From assembly GCA_977017575.1 (NCBI GenBank), contig CDRNVI010000053.1, forward strand, positions 496,001-560,000: DNA of 64,000 nucleotides, given 5' to 3'. A program made the translations under genes and the position numbers. Shown here one piece after another: positions 57,736 through 64,000 of this stretch (its first letter is position 1; the number at the start of each line of letters is the position of its first letter). The notes beneath the pieces were generated by a model. That model was not told where the DNA came from and made no database searches. It worked only from the letters and a program-made list of their open reading frames with translations. The stretch comes from Paramoeba atlantica. Its lineage: Eukaryota > Protista > Discosea.

Positions 57736-60612
57736 ATGAACGTCTCCCACTCAAACATGCTACGGTCCTTATTTGAGGGTTCTATGGAGATCGAACGAGA
57801 GAAGCGCGAAGCGTCGGAAAAGGCGTTACGATCGCTAGCGGATCAAGTTTCGTCAAGGACAGGGCTACCTGAGGCTCTTCTTCAATTGATCTCCGAAAAG
57901 AATACTCCTGGAGAAACGTGCCAATGTGCTGCAGTATTCCTGAAAAACTTGATAAAAACTCATTGGGATGAGTCCAAAGCGGATTTTCCTCTCCAGCACG
58001 AAGACAAGGTATACATTCGAAAAAATATTCTTGAAACAATGCTTCAGTCTCCTCGACATGCGCGTAAGCTTCTTAGTCAAGCCATATACCTAATTTGTGA
58101 AACCGACTTCCCTGCAATGTGGTCTGAATTAGTTCCATATTTGGCCGACAAGCTACAGGATACGGAAAATGTGGATGTCATACAAGCCACACTCGAAATA
58201 CTGCATAGCATCCTTACTCGGTACAGAAATCAACATTGTCTCAGTGAGTCAATAATTCCTGAACTCCTAGAGATAAATCGGCGAATCGCGATACCGTTGT
58301 TGAAAAACCTTGAGCAATCCCATCTAAAATGCCGTGTGTCCATCTCCATAATATGTACCGATGTATTTTATGATCTGTGCTTCCTAGATTTCGGAAACGA
58401 AGTAGAATCCACATTATCCAGATGGATGGATTGCTTTTTGAAGCTTTTAAATCTTGAAGGTACACATGAGCATGATCTTTACTGCACCTTACGAAAAAGT
58501 ATCATTGCCACGCTCGCTCTTTTTTTGACCAAATATGACGAAGAATTTAGTCCATACTTACAGCCCTTTGTTGAGATTGTGTGGAAAATGCTTCAAGGTA
58601 AAGTCAGCGAGACGGATGACGAAACTCTCATTTCAGCCATGGATTTCTTAACTGCAGCTATGAAAGGTATGCATTGGCGTCTCTTTACGGAAATCAGCAT
58701 GCGTCGCGCAATCTGTGAACATGTAGTACTTAGCAATGTTATGCTACGTCCTGCCGATGTAGAATTATTTGAAAATGAGCCAAAAGAGTACGTGCAACGA
58801 GACATTGAAGGTAGTGATGCTCACACACGAAGGCGGTCGGCATGTGATCTTGCACGTGCCTTACTATCTGATCGCTTCCAACCAACAACAATAACTATTC
58901 TTCAAGAATTAATACAATTTAATTTACAAGAAGCAAGCCCTTCGAATGTACCTCGTTGGATAAAAGTTGACGCCGCTTTATATTTGATAGCTACCTTGAG
59001 CTCTGGTCAGAAAGCGTCCAGTCGTGCTTCCGTCACATTATGCGACGTCACTCAGATTTACGAAACATACGTGGTGGATGAGATCAAAAATATAGTTATT
59101 CAAGAAGGGGTGTCACATCCAGTGTTGAAAGCGGCGTGCCTTAAATATGTTTGTTGCTTTCGTCACCTTATTGGCAAGCAACGGCTTTTGAATATATTCC
59201 CATTTCTCTTAAAATGGGTATCTCATCCGCACGAAGTGCTTGTGACTTATTCTGCGCATTGTGTAGTGCAGGTGCTCAATCGGAAGGAATCCATATTACG
59301 TTTTTCAGACATAGCGCCATACTCGCTGTCCTGCACGGAAAATCTTATGCAGAGCATGGCAACGCATGAGATCCACAATGAGAAAGTTGCTAAAGCATTG
59401 TTATGCGTTATTTCGATTTCTGAGGGCGGACTTGAGAAGGTTGTGGAACCCCTATGTTACGCCTTACAAAAACAAATAGTAATTTTCGTAAAAACCCCAA
59501 GCAATCCGCTTTACAATCACTACATATTCGAAATTCTATCGAGGCTTATGGATAGCTACAATAAAACTCATTTAAATACTCTGGATACCGTTTTGTGGGA
59601 AACATTGATGGGCATCTTAACCAACGACGAACACATTTTTATGCCGTACGTTTTTCAGATCATTGCTCAGTTCGTACACTTCACACCTTCGTTACCTGCC
59701 AAGTACGGACAACTATTAGGTCCGCTCTTGGATGCCAAACTATATACTCAGAAGCGACTTGTTCCGTCTCTCGTAAGACTTCTCGAGGCCTATCTTGAGC
59801 GTCACGCTACAGCTTTGTACGAAGCTGGGCACGCGCCTTCTGTTTTGAACATATTTCGTATGTTGGCTCTTTCAAAATTGACAGATCACGAAGGCTTTAA
59901 CCTTTTGGCTGCTTTTTCCCGTTATTCGTCGGCTGATTTAACCATTCAATACCTTCCTGAGATATTTCGCGTTATTTTCGAGCGCCTATCGAGCGCAAAA
60001 ACTACGAAACTAATTCGTTGCGTCATTCTCTATTTAAGCCTACTTGTGGTTCATCTAGAAAAGGGCCCGCATATACTCTTTTCTACCATGGAAGGCATTC
60101 AACAAGGAATTTTTTCCAATCTTGTGATGAACATTTGGCTACCAAATGCAGGAAAAATTATCGGTGGATCTGAGCGTAAGCTTGTTATTGCTGCGCTTGG
60201 GCTAATCGTTACCGATTGCGCAGAAATACAAGCTCCGACGAACCAGTTCGTTGACCTTTGGCAGCACTGCGTCTATACCCTCTGTCGCGTGCATCATTGC
60301 GGACACGACCCCACTGAAACGCAGGGAGTAATTGATACTCCAGAAAGCGTATTGACATCTGCACCTGTTGATGTCGGTCAAAATCCTGAAGAACAAGACG
60401 AATTGGCTTTGGGTACCGGAACACTACTTTCTTTTCACAGTACGCCGCATGACATTTTGCCTCTTGTGACTGATCCGTGGTCGGACTTCATAAGAAACCT
60501 TAGCCGTTTTCTGACTCCTGACTGTCCACATAGGCAATGGTATCTAGACTCTCTTCGCCGTTTACCTCTTGAAGCATGTAAAATTTTTAAGAATATTTTT
60601 CCCGAATTATAG
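57736..60612 (+). CDS. CSE1: Exportin-2 / CSE1 (importin-alpha re-exporter)
   Basis: AAVFLKNLIK.HW, DFP..W..L, FYDLCF.D, LFENEPKEYVQRDIEGSD..TRRRSACDL, NPLYNHYIFE. Confidence 0.95.
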   Translation: MNVSHSNMLRSLFEGSMEIEREKREASEKALRSLADQVSSRTGLPEALLQLISEKNTPGETCQCAAVFLKNLIKTHWDESKADFPLQHEDKVYIRKNILETMLQSPRHARKLLSQAIYLICETDFPAMWSELVPYLADKLQDTENVDVIQATLEILHSILTRYRNQHCLSESIIPELLEINRRIAIPLLKNLEQSHLKCRVSISIICTDVFYDLCFLDFGNEVESTLSRWMDCFLKLLNLEGTHEHDLYCTLRKSIIATLALFLTKYDEEFSPYLQPFVEIVWKMLQGKVSETDDETLISAMDFLTAAMKGMHWRLFTEISMRRAICEHVVLSNVMLRPADVELFENEPKEYVQRDIEGSDAHTRRRSACDLARALLSDRFQPTTITILQELIQFNLQEASPSNVPRWIKVDAALYLIATLSSGQKASSRASVTLCDVTQIYETYVVDEIKNIVIQEGVSHPVLKAACLKYVCCFRHLIGKQRLLNIFPFLLKWVSHPHEVLVTYSAHCVVQVLNRKESILRFSDIAPYSLSCTENLMQSMATHEIHNEKVAKALLCVISISEGGLEKVVEPLCYALQKQIVIFVKTPSNPLYNHYIFEILSRLMDSYNKTHLNTLDTVLWETLMGILTNDEHIFMPYVFQIIAQFVHFTPSLPAKYGQLLGPLLDAKLYTQKRLVPSLVRLLEAYLERHATALYEAGHAPSVLNIFRMLALSKLTDHEGFNLLAAFSRYSSADLTIQYLPEIFRVIFERLSSAKTTKLIRCVILYLSLLVVHLEKGPHILFSTMEGIQQGIFSNLVMNIWLPNAGKIIGGSERKLVIAALGLIVTDCAEIQAPTNQFVDLWQHCVYTLCRVHHCGHDPTETQGVIDTPESVLTSAPVDVGQNPEEQDELALGTGTLLSFHSTPHDILPLVTDPWSDFIRNLSRFLTPDCPHRQWYLDSLRRLPLEACKIFKNIFPEL

Positions 60613-61194
60613 CATATACATGCTGTACATCATGCGGATAACGTGCAGAATACGCACCGAACCTTTTACATTTTCTATGAGTTTTACATTTTCTATGAAT
60701 TCGAATAAAACGTTTTTTGCCAAGCTCGTACAAAAACAAGACATTCGGATTAGTAATGTCATGGGCTCAACTCACAAAGTAACTATTTTGCGTTGAAGAT
60801 AACGAAATTTTCTTATAGGCCACGAACCTTGGAGTGACTTTTCAAATGTTTTTTTGAAAATGTTTTTGGGTGGTGAATCCTCTATTGCGAATCTGTCGTT
60901 CATCTCTCTTATTCGTAGTGTTTCTCATATACATGGATGTAGAAACGTTCATAAAAATTTGTGGCTATATGACGCGTTCATTATTCAGTATCACAGGATA
61001 GCAATGTTACTAGTAATGCAGTATTCGTATCACAATTGCTCTGGTTATTGCTCAGGTTATAGTACTACAGTTATACAACCTATACCTATTGTTTTAGAAT
61101 TTTTAATTTCTGTAAATTCGAAAAATTTTTAATTTACTGCATTCTAAAAATGTAAGCATTTGATACCTTAACCTGCACTTTTCATCTGAAAACT

Positions 61195-61359
61195 ATGTAT
61201 CAATCCGTCTTAGAGTGTTTTCACGAGAAACTTCGCGCCTTGGAAAATCGAATCCAACGAATTAACAATCAAAAAGATGAACTTGAAATGTCTCCGCGAT
61301 CTCTGCAAATCAGAAGCGATACGTCTCCTCTCAGCGCTGCGGAAACTCACAATGCATAA
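61195..61359 (+). CDS. Possible small coiled-coil ORF (54 aa)
   Basis: MYQSVLECFHEKLRALENRIQRINNQKDELEM...; heptad-like pattern in an otherwise long (1.2 kb) intergenic gap. Confidence 0.25.
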   Translation: MYQSVLECFHEKLRALENRIQRINNQKDELEMSPRSLQIRSDTSPLSAAETHNA

Positions 61360-61814
61360 TAAAGCGTGTTCAATTCTCTTCTATTAGCTTGGACAGATCG
61401 AGTATTATTGGATGTGGGAGGACGACGTACCGCTCATGATGTGCAAATAACCAAATGGAGAATAACCAATGGAGCTACAAAACAACAAGGGAGTCAGAAT
61501 CAATTAAAGAGCGTTTGCTTCTTTTTACTTTTAAAATGCGCCTCCTCGCCGTAGTTCTTTTCCACAAGATACGCAAGACCTTAAAAATAGTCTATATGAC
61601 TCTTGCAGGGTTTCAGTGCTCTCGAAGTTTTATGAGTTCCTCAAGTTAGTGAGTTATCTTACGAATAAGTTTTGCTTCATTAAGGCGTCACTCTTTTAAA
61701 AAAGGAATTTAAAGAACGCTCTTTTAAAAAAACGTTAGTGCTCAAGTATTGTGTAACTAAACGTGGCATGCGCAAAGAGAAGGACGTCTATGTATTACAT
61801 CATTTTTCCCTTAC

Positions 61815-64000
61815 ATGAATGTTTCATCTGTCGATGAATGTAACGAAAAAATATCTTTTGAAGGCATATCGTTACGTGAAGCTATCGCCAGATACTCGTT
61901 GATATTTAGGCAGGCTTTAGAGGCTCAAGACTCTGACTCGCTATACGAATTATTTTATCAACACGACGAAAGTGTGAGAGCAGCTTTAACGCATTTTCCT
62001 CATTCATATCGACTCTGGAAACTATACCTTTCATTACGAGTACAGCTTCAACGATTATCTACAGCAAGGGTCGGCGGATTTATCGAAAGGACCGCAGAAG
62101 ACTTTGAGCAATGCCTTTCGAGCACAAAGTTACGAAGATTTCCGTGGCTCTGGGTTATGTACGTGAAGATGTACATGGATTCTCTTTGTTTCACGAGCGC
62201 TCGCCACGTGTTCGGCAGAGCATTAGAATCACTTCCATGGACTCAGCACGCTTTCCTTTGGCGATGCTACGTTGGCTTTCTTTTAGAGGAGTCATTAGAC
62301 TCGGACTATATGGTTATTTCAACGCTTAAACGAGCAGTCGAATTCGATCACAAATATGTCACTCCTCTGTACGATGACTATATCGCACGCAAGCGATATG
62401 TCGATGCTTTTGTTCTTCTTGTTTCTTACCCGGATTACTTCGAATTTGGTCCTCTTGACTTTCTGTCAAAGTATCGCGCTACTGCTTTTCAGAGTATTGT
62501 GAAAGATTATTTTACCACGGCAGTCGACGTTGTTCCTGGTAAGTGTTCTACTATCCTGGCACTTGGCAATACAATTACCGAGTATTTTTCCTATCACAAA
62601 GAATTTAATGAAGCCCGAAGGCTGTACGAAACGTTGTTCCAGAGGGCTGACTATGTTTTCTTTGCTGCGGTTTATGAAAATTGTACTCTTCTCTTAGTTA
62701 ACGCCGCCCATTGGCATAAATATTCAATTGACAGTGTCCGAAATTTAGAGGCCTTACTGCAGCAGCGAGAAGACTATGATATAGCTGCCGCACTACGTAA
62801 ATATCCCACCCTAACTTTTTTATGGATTCGAAAAGCAGCAAAAATGGGGGAGGATGTGGGGGGGAAGGAATCAGTTTTCTTAGAAGCAGTGAAACAATGT
62901 GCACACAATAGTGATGTTCACAAAATTTGGTACGAGTTTTCTCTTTGGTACGAAGCCACGAAGGACTATTCTTCTGCTGAACATGTTTTGATAACAGCTT
63001 TAAGGCAAAAATTTGTAAATGCGGAAAGCTATGCATACTTAACTTGCGCATACGCTGAACTGCTTATACGTTGTTGCAAGCATGCAAAGGTTATTAAACT
63101 TCTTCGCTTCGCGACGGCGACTAATGATGCATCCATCGCAACATCCTTTAGCAGTGATACTGCGCTCTCCAAAGTAACGTGGAAGTCGAATCGGGTATGG
63201 AATTTGTATCTCGATCTTGTCGAACAATACGGCGACCGTGAAGCTATAAAATCATCCTATGGTCGCATGTTTTCGTTAGGTATCGGCGGATCTAAACATT
63301 TCATCAATTATGCCAATATTCTGAAGGAAAATAAAGAAGACGTGAGTTCCATAGTACGTGTCCTCGAAGACGCTAGACAAAAGTTTTCAAGTGATCCGTC
63401 CATATGGAAAATGTATCTTAGAGCAATTGCGGATACATGCGGTTTTGAAATCGAGTTTTCTAGGCACTATTTCCGTCACTTCGCAGCACGGTTTGTTCGA
63501 GGTCACGATTATTGGCAACTTAGTTCAAATCAGTCGCCAGGGAAATCCATCTTATTTCTGTTTAATCTTTGCGCCTGTTTTTGCGCCATTAAAGAGGATG
63601 AGTACAAGAAAGGCAATCGCTTAATTAGTTTTGAAATGCAACGTAACGAATTGTTTTGTTCAATACGCTTGTACATCGCTACGCGAACTTGTATTACTGG
63701 TATAGCAGAGTCTGGGAAAACTCTATTACCGGGTGAAGACCCAGTCAAACGTGATGCAATCATCTACACAACGCTTTCTAATGTGATGGGACGCGTGGTT
63801 GACTACATTAAAGAAGGGGACAAAATCTTTGGATGCAATTCCGGGCGCACTGCCTTTCACAGCATTATTCAATACGTAGAAGCAGCCGTTGAAAAAGAAC
63901 ACTCCTTTGTCATCATTCCTTTTATTTTGAATATCACCATGTGGTTGATTGATTATGAACTGATAGGTATTCATATCAAAGAAGCACGAAACGCGTTTAA
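61815..64000 (+). CDS. SYF1: SYF1/XAB2 HAT-repeat splicing factor, 3'-truncated by the window edge (absent from the ORF track)
   Basis: Hand translation from the ATG at 61815 is open to the window end. FPHSYRLWKLYL, RHVFGRALESLPWTQHAFLW..Y and KSNRVWNLYLDLVEQYG match SYF1 blocks. Confidence 0.88.
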   Translation, partial: MNVSSVDECNEKISFEGISLREAIARYSLIFRQALEAQDSDSLYELFYQHDESVRAALTHFPHSYRLWKLYLSLRVQLQRLSTARVGGFIERTAEDFEQCLSSTKLRRFPWLWVMYVKMYMDSLCFTSARHVFGRALESLPWTQHAFLWRCYVGFLLEESLDSDYMVISTLKRAVEFDHKYVTPLYDDYIARKRYVDAFVLLVSYPDYFEFGPLDFLSKYRATAFQSIVKDYFTTAVDVVPGKCSTILALGNTITEYFSYHKEFNEARRLYETLFQRADYVFFAAVYENCTLLLVNAAHWHKYSIDSVRNLEALLQQREDYDIAAALRKYPTLTFLWIRKAAKMGEDVGGKESVFLEAVKQCAHNSDVHKIWYEFSLWYEATKDYSSAEHVLITALRQKFVNAESYAYLTCAYAELLIRCCKHAKVIKLLRFATATNDASIATSFSSDTALSKVTWKSNRVWNLYLDLVEQYGDREAIKSSYGRMFSLGIGGSKHFINYANILKENKEDVSSIVRVLEDARQKFSSDPSIWKMYLRAIADTCGFEIEFSRHYFRHFAARFVRGHDYWQLSSNQSPGKSILFLFNLCACFCAIKEDEYKKGNRLISFEMQRNELFCSIRLYIATRTCITGIAESGKTLLPGEDPVKRDAIIYTTLSNVMGRVVDYIKEGDKIFGCNSGRTAFHSIIQYVEAAVEKEHSFVIIPFILNITMWLIDYELIGIHIKEARNAF

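Noticed and set aside
60664-60699. Small direct duplications (TTTTACATTTTCTATGA x2; also near 7561, 47391/47807, 51771-51820 and 61693)
   Set aside because: Ordinary slippage-type duplications in AT-rich intergenic DNA.

Overview
This window is eukaryotic nuclear DNA from a kinetoplastid. The evidence is about 35 intronless protein genes, all head-to-tail on the + strand with polypyrimidine/AG sites upstream, plus kinetoplastid-type markers (ATOM40, trypanothione-type glyoxalase II, a Tc38/p38-like ArdC-N repeat protein, bL35m, TPI). The compact layout and the Merlin remnant suggest a Perkinsela-like prokinetoplastid; that assignment is inference. Recognisable housekeeping genes: CPR-like diflavin reductase, bacterial-type RtcB with a mitochondrial-like presequence, TPI ending in SKL, RPLP1, RPL34, PheRS-alpha, PRP3, MaoC/HTD2, EMC3, NUFIP1, FANCJ-like helicase, exportin-T, exportin-7, CSE1, SRP68, SLD5, two mitochondrial carriers, LicD and SYF1 (missed by the ORF track because it runs off the end). 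The main non-obvious content is a set of class II DNA transposons in the intergenic spaces. There are several TA-flanked TIR elements (IS630-Tc1-mariner style). One (53832-54550) has 130-bp TIRs and still encodes the SPDLNxIENLW end of a Tc1 transposase. A nest at 28276-32787 has two related TIR elements bracketing a decayed Merlin (IS1016/ISXO2-like) transposase. Other oddities: a UBR-box zinc finger inserted inside a family-16 methyltransferase, a GTPBP lacking its catalytic His, a diverged carrier paralog, and recurrent intragenic C-rich to G-rich skew flips. No tRNA, rRNA or CRISPR array was seen. Family calls come from motif recognition by eye; no database searches were run.
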